Below the pieces are notes generated by a model. That model worked only from the letters and a program-made list of their open reading frames with translations. It made no database searches and was not told the origin of the DNA. A stretch of DNA of 64,000 nucleotides. Origin: an uncultured delta proteobacterium (GTDB lineage Bacteria > Myxococcota_A > Polyangia > Polyangiales > B10-G4). Within the stretch, counting starts at the first letter, position 1; each line of letters opens with the position of its first letter. The position numbers and the translations under genes were made by a program. Positions 33,717 through 46,400 of the stretch are shown here, in pieces. The stretch covers positions 96,001 to 160,000 of the forward strand of contig CAVSGI010000006.1 of the NCBI GenBank assembly GCA_963727445.1, read 5' to 3'.

Positions 33717-35749
33717 GGCAGCTGTTGGCGCAGGGCCGCTCCCTCGTCGCGCAGCTCGGGTGCCCGCGCGTCGAACGCATCGAGCGCCTCCCGCGCAGCC
33801 CCGGGACGTCCGTCGGTGAGCGCGATCCAAGCGGCTTCGAGGAGGGCGCGGGGATCGCTCGGGCTCTGATGGTCGAGGAGGTCCAGGGCAGCGTCGGTGG
33901 CGCCGCCGAGGGCGAGGAGCACCGCGCCCTGGCGCAGGGCCGTGCCGCGATCGATGCCGACACTCGCGCTCGCGGCGACCACCGGAGCCATGTGCGCGCC
34001 CTCGCGAGGCGGGGGCACGGTCTGCAACAGCGCCGATTCGACCGAGTCCGGGTGGATCAGCGCCCAGCGCGAGGCACGGGCGGCGAGGGCGGGCTCGCGC
34101 CTGAGGGCCAACCGTCGCGCGCGTGTGGCCTGGTACTCGCGATAGATCGCGTGGACGACGCCGTGATCACCGGCTGGGCCATCGCGGGCGAGCGCGGCGA
34201 TGGCGGGCGCGAGACGCTCGCCGCTCGAGGCGCTCAGGCGCGCCACCCTCACGCGCGGATCGCCGAGGAGATAGGGGCCCGCGAGCGTCCCCGCGCCTCC
34301 CGCCTGCGCGTCCATCTCGACAACGATGGGCACCTCGCCCGCGAAGGCCTCCATCGCGCCGCGTGTGTAGCGCTCTCGCGCGTCCCGTCCCTCTGCCTCC
34401 ACCGGGGTTCCGTCCGACGCCGGATGCGATGCGAGCGTGCGCCAATGCCATGAAGAGGTCGCGAGGCCCGAGACGAAGATGGCGACGTCGGGACGTGCGT
34501 CGGCCGTCGCGCGCTCCATGAGCCAGGTGCTCGCAGCGAAGTCCTGGGTCAGCACCACCATGCTGCGCGGGGGAGGCGTGGTGACCAAGCTCGCGCCGAG
34601 GGCATCGAGGGTCGGCGCGTCGGCGTCGATGGCGCTCGGGGCGTCTCGGAGCGCGAAGAGGCTGAGCGTGATGCCGGCGAGACCGAGGAGCGCGTAGCGG
34701 GTTCGCGGCAGGAGCGCCATGCCGGCGGCGCCCACTGCGATGAGGAGCAGCGTCACGGGCCCGGCGTAAGCCACCATGTCCGGCACGCCCTGGTCGATGG
34801 GCGTGATCAGCGCTGCGGCGAGCGCGCTGAAGGTAGTCGCGAGCGCGAAGACGAGGAGGTGGCGCTTCCGGCCTTCGGCGTCACGCGCGCGGCGCGAGAG
34901 TGCGAGGAGGCCGAAGAGCGGCACGAGCCCGGCAGCGTATGGGAGGTAGCGCAGGACGGCGGCGACCTGAGCGAAGAAGGAGCCGCCTGCGCTCCCCAGG
35001 TTCTGTCGGTAGGCGCGCGCGGAGAGATAGTCCCAGAAGCCCGAGAGGGTGGTGGGGTCGCCCCACACCTCGGCGCCGGCGAAGGCGCGGAAAGGAAGAT
35101 AGGCGAGGGGGAGGAGGCCGAGGAGGAAGAAGGCGGCGGACCAAACGAGGGCGCGCTGCCGCGCCGGGCGGTGGCGCTCCACGACGAAGAGGAAGAGGCC
35201 GATGGCGAGGAGCGCCGCGAGGGCGTGAGGTGGATGAAGGCACGCGGCGAGTCCCGCTGCGAAGGACGCCGGGCGCACACCTTCGCAGCGTGTGGACGAG
35301 ACCAGCGCGAGCATCGCCACGCCGAAGAGAGCGAGCGCCAGGGTGTAGACCTCCGGCCGCGTGGCCTGTCTCAAGAGTGGTGGCGAGACCAGCACCGCGA
35401 AAGGGACGACCACAGAGAGCACGATGAGGACGCGGGGCGAGGGCTCGCTCGTTGCGAGGGTGCGCGCGAGGCGCACGGCGAAGAGGCCGGCCACCACGGC
35501 GGCGAGGAGCGCGCCGGCCACGCTCACCAACGTCACGCGGAACGCCGCGGGGCCGAGGGGCAGGAGCGTGGCCGCGAACCCCAGGATGGCGTGAAGTGGC
35601 TGCCCGGGCGGATGCGAGCCCCCGAGCGCAAAGGCGGCGGCCACCAGCTCGCCCGTGTCGAAGGCGTGGGGGCCACTCGCCGCGTGGAAGCACAGGAGCG
35701 CCCCGACGGCGGTGAGCCCGCCGAGGCGGCTCAGGCGAGCCGCGCTCAT
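33713..35749 (-). CDS. DUF2723 / TMEM260-like GT-C glycosyltransferase
   Basis: FDTGELVAAAFALGGSHPPGQPL, QATRPEVYTL, AYLPFRA, WGDPTT; many TMs; C-terminal TPR-like helices; ATGA overlaps at both ends. Confidence 0.82.
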   Translation of the reverse strand: MSAARLSRLGGLTAVGALLCFHAASGPHAFDTGELVAAAFALGGSHPPGQPLHAILGFAATLLPLGPAAFRVTLVSVAGALLAAVVAGLFAVRLARTLATSEPSPRVLIVLSVVVPFAVLVSPPLLRQATRPEVYTLALALFGVAMLALVSSTRCEGVRPASFAAGLAACLHPPHALAALLAIGLFLFVVERHRPARQRALVWSAAFFLLGLLPLAYLPFRAFAGAEVWGDPTTLSGFWDYLSARAYRQNLGSAGGSFFAQVAAVLRYLPYAAGLVPLFGLLALSRRARDAEGRKRHLLVFALATTFSALAAALITPIDQGVPDMVAYAGPVTLLLIAVGAAGMALLPRTRYALLGLAGITLSLFALRDAPSAIDADAPTLDALGASLVTTPPPRSMVVLTQDFAASTWLMERATADARPDVAIFVSGLATSSWHWRTLASHPASDGTPVEAEGRDARERYTRGAMEAFAGEVPIVVEMDAQAGGAGTLAGPYLLGDPRVRVARLSASSGERLAPAIAALARDGPAGDHGVVHAIYREYQATRARRLALRREPALAARASRWALIHPDSVESALLQTVPPPREGAHMAPVVAASASVGIDRGTALRQGAVLLALGGATDAALDLLDHQSPSDPRALLEAAWIALTDGRPGAAREALDAFDARAPELRDEGAALRQQLP

Positions 35750-37931
35750 TGCAGATTGATGCGCTGGCGCGTCGTCTCGCCGGGGCGGATGTTGACCGTC
35801 ACGTTCCGGGTCACGCCCAGCTCGGGATTGACGCAGCGAACGGTGTGGCTTCCGGAGGGAAGGGAGCGGTTGACGATTGGCGTCTGCCCGACGGATCGGC
35901 CGTCGATGGAGACCTGACACCAGGGGCGGGCGTCGAAGGTGAGCGAGCCAGGACCGCTTGGCGTCCCCTCGTCCATGCCGGTGTCCATGCCCATGTTGGC
36001 GCCGCCGCCCGGCCTGCGCCTGAGGCGCACCTCGACCGCGGTGGTCTCCCCACCGGGAAGATCGATGGAGCGCTCCTCGTTGCGGAAGCCGCTCCGCGCT
36101 ACGACGATGCGCAGCGGGCGGGCCTGGCGGCGGAACTGATACGGGCTCCCCGTCTCGTACCACTCGCCGTCCACCAGGACGCGCGAGTCACTGGGCACGG
36201 TGGTGATGCGGAGGATGGCCTCGTTGGGCGTGAGCGGGGTGGGCTCGAGATCGAAGACGAGGTCCTCGACCTGCCCCGCGGCCAGCGTGAGAATCGACGC
36301 TGCGCGTGACGTAGCCCTCGAGGGCGAGCGCCAGGGTGTGCTCCACCCCGGGCTGGATCTCGGGGATGGTCGCGGGGGTCATCTGGTCGGTGGCCTCCCC
36401 GTCGAGGAGGATCGCGGCGCCCGCCGGGACCGTGCGGACGTTGATGACGCCGAAGTCTGCCGCAGAGGGCCGCTCGAGGTGCTCCTCGACGGTGGCCGTG
36501 GGCTCCTCCTCGGTCAGGCGCACCTGCGTCGTCCGCGGAGCGAAGCCGTCGGCGGTGAGCTTGACCGTGTAGGTCGCGCCGACGGGCAGCTCGCGGATGG
36601 TGGCCGGTGTGCGTTCGTTCTGCCGGTCTCCGTCGAGCCAGATCGCCGCGCCTGGGGGATCGCTGGTGACCTCGAGGACGCCGGGGCCGGTGCGCACAGT
36701 CGTCTCGGGCGGCCTCGTCAGGAACCACGCGGTGGTCCCGATCGCGCCGATGATGACCAACACCAGGAGGATCCAGGGGACCTTGCTGCTCCGTCGCGCG
36801 TGGACGCCCGAGCGCAGCGCCTCGGCGGCCTCGGCCTCCTCTTCGGCGATCTGCGCGGCGATGACCTCCGCGAGCTGGCGCCCCTCCTGGAGCATCTGCT
36901 TCTGCTGCTCGAGCTTCTCGCTGAAGAGCCCCTGCATCCACTCGCCCAGCGAGAGCGGGCTCACCGCCAGGCGCTCGGCGCGGATGAAGCTCTCGAGGTC
37001 GCTCTGGAACTCGCGGGCCGACTGGTAGCGCTGGTCGCGATCCTTGGCGAGCGCGCGGAGGATGATCTCCTCGAGGCGCGGGCGGCATGTTCGGGTTGAG
37101 CAGGCGAGGGCGCGGGTAGTCGCCCTCGACGATCAAGCGCATCGTGTCGTATTCGCTCGTGCCCTTGAAGAGTCGCCGGCCGGTGCAGAGCTCGAAGAGC
37201 ATGACGCCCAGGCTGAAGATGTCGCTGCGGGCGTCGAGGTCCAGCCCCTGCGCCTGCTCGGGGCTCATGTAGGGGATCTTGCCCTTCAGCTTGCCGCTCT
37301 TCGACTCCTCGACCGGGGTCTTGCCCGCCTTCGCGATGCCGAAGTCGACGAGCTTCACGTCACCGCTGAAGGTGACGAGGATGTTCTGGGGGCTCACGTC
37401 CCGATGGACGATGCTCCATCGGGTTGCCGTCGAGGTCGCGCTGTTCGTGCGCGTAGGCGAGGCCCGCGCAGCAGCCGAGCACGATGGCCAGGCCGTGCTC
37501 GATGCGGGAAGGAGGTGACCTCCTTCTTCTTCATCTGGCGGACGATGGAGCGGATGTCCTCGCCGTGGACGTGCTCCATCGCGATGAAGTACTGCCCGTC
37601 GTTCACGCCGACGTCGTAGATGTGCGCGACGTTCGGGTGGTTGAGGGTCGCCGCGATGCGCGCCTCGTCGAGGAGCATGTTCACGAAGCTCTTTGTCCTC
37701 GGCGAGCTTGGGCAGCACGCGCTTGATGACGATGAGCTTCTCGAAGCCGGCCATCGAGCGCTGGATGCCGAGGAAGATCTCCGCCATCCCACCGACGGCG
37801 ATGCGCCGGATCAGGGTGTACTTGCCGAAGCGCGCCGGCATCTCCTCCTCCGGGCTCACTTCGATGGGCCGGTCGGGAGGGGGCGGGGGCGCCGGGGCTT
37901 GGGCTTGCGACAAGGGGAGAGCCTTGGTCAA
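35746..37931 (-). CDS. Membrane Ser/Thr kinase with C-terminal PEGA repeats; several frameshifts
   Basis: FGKYTLIRRIAVGGMAEIF, HRDVSPQNIL, DFGIAK, GKIPYMSPEQ; TM; LEVTSDPPGAAIWLDG, VRTVPAGAAILLDG, ARPWCQVSIDG...GQTP. Confidence 0.87.
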
Positions 37932-37989
37932 CCTCGCGAAAAGGCGAGGAAATGGCGGGGGAAGTATCCCACGACCGGCCGGCTTCGTG

Positions 37990-38640
37990 TCAACCGATCG
38001 GCATGCCGGGGGGCGTCTGCCGGGTGGCCTGCACCAGCTCTTCGAGGCTTTCGGCCACGCGTTCTTTGGTCTTGGGCAGCAGAAGGCCCACGGTGCGGGC
38101 CTCCTCCGCCGTCAGGGAGAGGCGGGGCCGGCTCCCGAGGATCCTCACCAGTCGATCGCGGACGATCGCCGGGTCCCCGTAGCCGTCCGGCACCCCCCAG
38201 TCGGAGAGCCGCTCGACAAGCTCGGCGTAGCGCTCGCGTTGCCCTTCCCGAGCGAAACGCATCTCCTTGCCCAGGCGCGCGGGCGCCGCCGCGGCGATGG
38301 CCTCGAGGTAGGCGTCGCCCACACCTGGCCTGTGGACCAGGAAGCCGTCGATCAGCAGCTCCACCCCGACGTGGGCCACGGCACGCGCGGGGCCCCGTCG
38401 CACGCCCTCGGTCTCGAGCTCGTCCCCCAGCGCGCTGCAGAGGCGCAAGAAGGCGGCGCCGCGGTGGAAGACCTCGTCCGAGAGGTGATGGAATTCGACC
38501 CCCCGCATGACCTCGGGGTGCTGGCTCTTCGCGCCACGGATCCGCGCCATGCCGAGGAAGTCGGGCAGCATGGCCCCGAGAACGAACGCTGGTGTGTCGT
38601 CGTGCGCGAGGGCGACGTAGGCGTGACCGATGAAGTTCAT
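37990..38640 (-). CDS. Hypothetical protein, AcpH (ACP phosphodiesterase)-like metal-dependent hydrolase
   Basis: MNFIGHAYVA...LGAMLPDF...GVEFHHLSDEVFH...HVGVELLID; ATGA overlap with miaA. Confidence 0.55.
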   Translation of the reverse strand: MNFIGHAYVALAHDDTPAFVLGAMLPDFLGMARIRGAKSQHPEVMRGVEFHHLSDEVFHRGAAFLRLCSALGDELETEGVRRGPARAVAHVGVELLIDGFLVHRPGVGDAYLEAIAAAAPARLGKEMRFAREGQRERYAELVERLSDWGVPDGYGDPAIVRDRLVRILGSRPRLSLTAEEARTVGLLLPKTKERVAESLEELVQATRQTPPGMPIG

Positions 38641-39578
38641 GCCGCGCCCCTGGGAAGCGCTTCGATGCGCGACCGGAGCGCTCCTTCGAGCACCGCGTCC
38701 GGATGCACCGGACCCTCGAAGCCCGGCTCGGAAGAGAACCAGGTCCGCTGGCGGCGTGCGTAGACGCGCGTCGACTTGCGGATGGCGGCGATCATCTCGC
38801 CCTGTCCGAGCTCGCCCCGCACGTGGGCGACCATCTCCTTGTAGCCGACGCTGCCGAAAGCGCGGACCTCGGAGCCGTGACGCGCGAGGAGCTCGCGCAC
38901 CTCGGCTTCGAAGCCCGCCGCGAGCATGGCGTCCACGCGCGCGTCGATGCGCGCACGGAGCCCGTCCGTTCCGTCGCCGGGGCGATCGACGAAGAGGTGC
39001 ACGCCCGGGTAGCGAGCGGCGCCGAGCCCGTGGCGCCGGCGCAGCTCGCCGAGGGCTTCGCCGGTCTGTTCGAAGACCTCGAGGCCGCGGACGATGCGCA
39101 GGGCATCGTTCGGGTGGATGGCTTGGGCCGCGAGCGGGTCGACCTCGGCCAGCCTTGCGTGCATGGCGGGGCTTCCGACGCGCTCGACGAGGGCTTCGAG
39201 GCGGGCGCGGATCGCAGGGTCGACGGGCGGCAGATCCAACAGGCCGCGGAGCAGGGCGCGCAGCCACAAGCCAGTGCCGCCGACCACGATGGGAAGCGCG
39301 CCTCGCCCCGCGACCCCGGCGATCGTTTCGTCGGCGAGCGCCGCGTAGCGCATGGCGTCGATCGCCTCGTCGGGTGCGACGACATCCAGGAGGTGGTGCG
39401 CCACGCCGCCCAGCTCCTCGGCGGTGGGCTTGGCCGATCCGACGTCGAAGCCGCGGTAGACCTGCACGCTGTCGGCCCCGACGATCTCGCCGCCGAGGGC
39501 ACGGGCGAGGGCGATCGCCGCGGAGGTCTTGCCGGCGGCGGTGGCGCCGGCGACGACGACGATGGCGGGGCGCGTCAC
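38637..39578 (-). CDS. miaA: tRNA dimethylallyltransferase
   Basis: GATAAGKT, ADSVQVYRGFDVGSAKP, HHLLD, VGGTGLW, IHPND, SVGYKE, TRVYARRQRTWF. Confidence 0.95.
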   Translation of the reverse strand: MTRPAIVVVAGATAAGKTSAAIALARALGGEIVGADSVQVYRGFDVGSAKPTAEELGGVAHHLLDVVAPDEAIDAMRYAALADETIAGVAGRGALPIVVGGTGLWLRALLRGLLDLPPVDPAIRARLEALVERVGSPAMHARLAEVDPLAAQAIHPNDALRIVRGLEVFEQTGEALGELRRRHGLGAARYPGVHLFVDRPGDGTDGLRARIDARVDAMLAAGFEAEVRELLARHGSEVRAFGSVGYKEMVAHVRGELGQGEMIAAIRKSTRVYARRQRTWFSSEPGFEGPVHPDAVLEGALRSRIEALPRGAA

Positions 39579-41375
39579 TCGCGACCGAGGCGCCGCTCGA
39601 GCTCGGCGAAGCGGGAGGCTGAAGGCGACGGGGCGGCCGTGCGGGCAGTGGCCCTTGAAGTCGCCGATGGCGTCGATGCGCCGCGAGCAGGCGCTGGCAC
39701 TCGTCGGGCGAGAGCGGATCGCCCGCTCGGATGGCGCCGTGGCAGGCCATCGTCGCCAGCGCCATGTCGAAGGCGTCGCCGAACGCCCGCTCTCCCTTCC
39801 GCGACAGCTCGTCGAGCACGTCGCGCAGGAGACGCTCGGGCAGCCGCGCTCGCGAGGAGCTGGGGGACCGAGTGGATGGCGACGGTGGACGCGCCGACGA
39901 GAGAGACGTCGAGGCCGAGGCGCAGGAGCTCCTCACGCCGCTCTTCGACGAGCGCGGCCTCCTCGGCGCCCACCTCGACGCGCTCGGGGAAGAGGAGGCG
40001 CTGCTGGGCGATGCCGCCTTCGCGAAGTGCCTCGCGGAGGGCGTGATAGCTTGATGCGCTCGTCGGCGGCGTGCTGATCGATCACGTGGAGCGCGTCGGC
40101 CGCCTCGCAGACGATGAGCATCTTCTTCACCTGGCCGAGCACGCGCATCGAAGCGAAGTAGCCCTTGGCTTCGAGGAGCGCGGGCGCGTTCGTCTCTTCC
40201 GCCTCGGGGCCGCTGGAGCGATAGGTCGCGGGCTCGTCGCGGAGCGCGCTGGCGAGACCCCACGGATCCGTTTCCGTTTCGCCCTCGTCCCGTCGCTCGA
40301 GAGCCGCGGGCGGGGGCGTCGAGGAGAGCCGCGCCCGCCAGTACTGGCTGCCTCGCGCCTCCGGTCCGCCGAACGCGGTGGTGCCGAGAGAGGCGGCGAG
40401 GGCGCGCGTGATCCCGTCGAGGATGGCGCGCCCCTTCGCGAAGCGCACCTCCGTCTTCTGCGGATGGACGTTCACGTCGACCTCGGCGGGATCGAGATCG
40501 ACATAGACGACGCCCACCGGGTAGCGCCCCGGCGGAAGCACGCTGCCGTAAGCGAAGGCCACCGCGCGCGCCAGGCCGCGATCGCGTACCGGCCGCCCGT
40601 TGACGAAGACGTGCAGGCCGGAGGCGCCGCTTCGCGCGCGTTCGGGCGGGCCGAGATAGGCCTCGACGGTCACGCCCTCCCGTTCGCCGGATGCGCGGCT
40701 CAAGCGTTCCTTGAAGACGCGGGCCGCGCGACTCTCGCGGCTCTTGGCCGGCAGGTATTGTCGGCTGTCGCGCCCTTCGCGCCGGAGGGTGAGCCTCAGG
40801 TGCGGGGTCGACAGCGCCACCCGGAGGCAGGCGTCCGCCACGTGAGCGCTCTCGGTCGCCTGAGACTTCAGGAACTTTCGGCGCGCGGGGACGTTGTGGA
40901 AGAGATCGCGGACCTCCACCGTGGTCCCCGCCGGCGCGCCGACCTCCCGCACCCTCGGATCCCCCTCGAAGCCCGCCTCGATGCAGGTCGCCGCGATCGC
41001 GTCGCTGGTGCGGGTGGTGAGGGAAAACCGAGAGACGCTGGCGATCGAGGGCAGGGCTTCGCCCCGAAAGCCCAGGGTGCCGATGCGCTCGAGATCGGCG
41101 ATCGCCTCGATCTTGCTGGTCGCGTGGCGCTTCATGGCCAGGACGGCGTCGTCCGGCGTCATGCCGTGGCCGTCGTCGGTGACCCGGATCCGCCCCACGC
41201 CTCCGCCATCGATGGCCACCGTGATCGTACGCGCCCCGGCGTCGAGCGCGTTCTCGAGCAGCTCCTTGACGATGCTCGCTGGCCGCTCGACCACCTCGCC
41301 AGCGGCGATTTGATCGGCCAGCGCGTCATCGAGGACGCGGACCCGCGAGGTGGGCCTGTGAACGGCTCCGCCCAC
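39575..41375 (-). CDS. mutL: DNA mismatch repair endonuclease MutL; 3' part frameshifted
   Basis: IAAGEVVERPASIVKELLENALDAGA, HATSKI, GFRGEAL, DVNVHPQKTEVRF, DQHAADER, MACHGAIRAG, CPHGRP; start approximate. Confidence 0.93.
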
Positions 41376-41479
41376 GGCGCTCTGATGTAACAGAGGACCC
41401 CCTCTGTCGCAACGCGGGCGGCGGCGACAACTCACCGAAGTTGCACGACAAACGAAGGGCGCGGGACCCCCGCCCTTCG

Positions 41480-41508
41480 TTGACCCCCCAAGGGGCCGAT
41501 GCTACCGT
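41480..41508 (+). promoter_or_regulatory. Putative sigma70 promoter of kinase 41539
   Basis: TTGACC-17 bp-TACCGT with extended -10 TG. Confidence 0.5.
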
Positions 41509-41538
41509 GTGTCGGTCCCTTAGGCGGCCTTTTCCCCG

Positions 41539-43200
<1,662 letters not shown>

Positions 43201-43204
<4 letters not shown>

Positions 43205-43365
43205 TGCCTGGTCCAATGACGTAGAAGGGTTCTCGCTCGTTCGTCGGCCGCCTCGCGGCGTCGGGAAACCTCGAATGTGCGCTGCACGTCCTTCGGTTTC
43301 CCTCCTTGCGACGCGACCGACGCCCGTCGCGATCTCCCCTTCCACCTCATTGGACCAGGCACTGG
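43201..43365. mobile_element. MITE-like inverted-repeat element B (~165 bp)
   Basis: Perfect 17-bp inverted repeat AGTGCCTGGTCCAATGA (43203-43219) / TCATTGGACCAGGCACT (43347-43363); inner stem GGGAAACC (43263-70) / GGTTTCCC (43295-302); left end overlaps the kinase TAG. Confidence 0.7.
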
Positions 43366-43429
43366 CTAGGGTGCGTGCCCGCGTTGCGTACCGCCAAACG
43401 CGTCCAAATCAACGGCCGGGCACACGCAC

Positions 43430-46400
43430 CTACATTCCGCAGATGCCCGGGGTGCCGCCGCCCCCGCAGGTCTGCGCACCCATGCAGGTGATGCCGCAGT
43501 CGCCGCAGTTGCCGTCGTCGGTGTTGGTATCGACGCACATCCCGCTGCAGCACATGTTGGCGCCGCCGGTGCAGGGCGAGCCGCAGCCGCCGCAGTTCAT
43601 CATGTCGGTGTTGGTGTCGACGCAGGTGTTGCCGCAGCATTGGTTGCCGCCGCCGCCGCAGCCGCCGCAGTTGACGGTCGAGCCGCAACCGTTGTCGATC
43701 ATGCCGCAGTCGCTGGCGCCGCACGTCGTGATGGTCGGCGTGCATCCGCAGACGCCGGCCGTACCGCCTCCGCCGCAGGTCTCGGGAAGGGTGCAGGAGC
43801 CGCAGCTCACCATCGAGCCGCAGCCATCGGCGACCATCCCGCAGTCCATCCCGGAGCAATCGGCGCTGGGTGTGCATCCGCAGACGCCTGTGCTGCCGCC
43901 GCCCCCGCAGGTCTCGGGAAGGGTGCAGGAGCCGCAGCTCACCATCGAGCCGCAGCCATCGGCGACCATCCCGCAGTTCATGCCGGTGCAGTCGGGGCTG
44001 GGCGTGCATCCGCAGATGCCCGTCGTGCCGCCGCCGCCGCAGGTCTCGGGGGAGGTGCAGGAGCCGCAGCTCGCCGTCCCGCCGCAGTTGTCGGACACGG
44101 TGCCGCAGTTGCGGCCGGAGCAGTTGGGGCTGGGGGTGCATCCGCAGGTGCGCGGGGTGCCGCCGCCGCCGCAGGTCTCGGGGGAGCTGCAGGAGGTGCT
44201 GCAGGCGCCGCAGGTGACGTCGCGAGTCAGACTCGCCTCACAGCCGTTGCCGTCGACCGAGTCGCAGTCGTCCCAGTTCGGCAGGTTGCAGCTCGCGATC
44301 TGACACGACCCGCTGGCACAGGTGGCGGTGGCGTGCGCCCGCGAGCATCCCGTGCCGCAGGTTCCGCAGTTGCTGTTGGTGTTGAGCGGCGTCTCGCAGC
44401 CGTTGCTGCGCATGCCGTCACAGTCGTCCCAGCCCCCGTTGCAGGTCGCGATCCGGCAGGTCCCGGTCGCACAGGTCGCGGTCGCGTGAGAGAGCGAGCA
44501 CCCGATGCCGCAGCCGCCACAATCGCTCAGGGTGACGAGCTGGGTCTCACAGCCATCGGAGTCGTCGCCATTGCAGTCGCCCCAGCCCGGGTTGCAGCTC
44601 GCGATTCGGCACGTCCCGGTGCCGCAGGTGGCGGTGGCGTTGGCGCGCGAGCAGCCGGTGCCGCAGGTGCCGCAATCGCTCAGGGTGCGCAGGCTCGTCT
44701 CGCAGCCGTTGCCGACGCTTCCATCGCAGTCGCCGTAGGCCGAGTCGCAGCCGGCGATGTCGCAGTCGCCCGCGATGCAGACGGGTGTGCCGTTGGTGGC
44801 AGTGCAGCGCCTGTCGCAGCGACCGCAGCGGTTCACGTCCGTCTGGAGGTCGGTCTCGCAGCCGTTGGTGTTGCCGCCCGAGCAGTCTTCCTGGCCGGCG
44901 TTGACGCACTCGCACTGGTAGGTGTCGACGCCCGTCTCGGTGCAGTGCTGCTGGGCGGCGCCTCCGGAGCGGTAGCAGGCCGCGCCGCAGCGTCCGCAGT
45001 TGGACTCGTCGTCGAAGGCGACGCACATGCCGCCGCAGCACATCATCCCGTCGCCGCAGGCCGCGTCGCCGCCACAAGAGCACTCGCCGATGCTGCCGTC
45101 GCCATCCAGGTCCGCGCATTGGTCGGCGACCGGGCGCCCCAGCGGCCGGCCCGCGTCCGCGTTGCAGTCTCGGCCGCACGCGCCGCAGTTCTGTTCGTCG
45201 TCGAGCGCCTCGCAGCCCGTGGCGCAGCAGCGATCGCCGTCGGCGCACTCCGCGCCGCCGTTGGCGGTGCAGACGCAGGATCCGTCTGCGCAGTCGTCGT
45301 TGCGGATGGCGTCGCACTGGACGCGACAGCCGCCGCAGTTCTGGAAGCTGAGCACCTCGCTCACCGGGCCCGTGGCGCTGCCGGTCATGTCGAGGTCGCA
45401 CCACTCCATCATCGAGCCTGCCGGGCAGGCCACGCAGCCGCGCACGCCGTCGGGATAGCTCATGGTGGGCATGTCGAAGACTTCGTTGACCACCCCATCG
45501 CAGTCGTTGTCGACCGGGTCGCAGGCCTCGGCGGTCCCCGGGTTGATCGCCGGGTCCATGTCGCAGGCGGGCGGCTCGGCCCAACCGTCCATGTCGGTGT
45601 CCGACTCGCAGCCGTTGTCGGCGACGCCGTCGCAGTCGTCGTCGACCATGTCGCACTGCTCCGGAGCGCCCACGTAGATCATGGGGTTCGTGTCGTCGCA
45701 GTCGCGCGGGCCCGCGGCGAAGCCGTCGTGATCGGCATCCGTCGCGTCACAGGGCGTGAACATCCCGTCGCAGTTCTGGTCGATGTTGTCGCCGCAAATC
45801 TCGACCGCGCCGGGATGGATCCCCGCGTCGCAGTCGTTGCAGTCGCAGCCCGCCACCGCCATCACGGTGCAGGCGATGGCCCCGTCGCGGTCCTGATCGT
45901 CCGGGGCGCAGGTGGCGAGCTCGTCGATCAGCCCATTGCAGTTCTCGTCGACGGGGGTGTCGCCGCTGGCGGTGCAGGTCTCGGTCGCGCCCGGGTTGAT
46001 GTTCGGGTCGTCGTCGTTGCAGTCGACGTCGCCGCAGAAACCGTCTCCGTCGAGATCGCAGCACGAGTCGACTCCGTCGCAGTTCTCGTCGATGGCGTTG
46101 CCGCAGAGCCCATCCTCGACGTTTCGCGACTCGACCACCATCGGGTTGATGTCGGGGTTGTCGTCGTCGCAGTCGCAGCTGCCGAGGACGTCCGAGGCGG
46201 AGCAGTTGCGCCAGCCGTCTTCGTCCTGGTCGAGGCAGGGCACGTCGCCGTTGCGGTCATCGGGCGCCCACGGCTGATTGCAGTTCTGGTCGATCCCGTC
46301 TTCGCACTGCTCGGGCGCGCCGGGATAGGTGTCCTGCGGGCGGTTGCAGCAGCCCGAGCCGTCGGCGAGGCAGGGTTCTTCGAAGCGGTCGCAGGTCGCC

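Noticed and set aside
43275..44303. Pro/Gln-rich repeat ORF on the + strand
   Set aside because: Antisense reading of the Cys/Gly repeats of 43430..46891
43735..44890. Regularly spaced repeats as a possible CRISPR array
   Set aside because: Periods are multiples of three within a CDS, there are no unique spacers, and no cas genes are present
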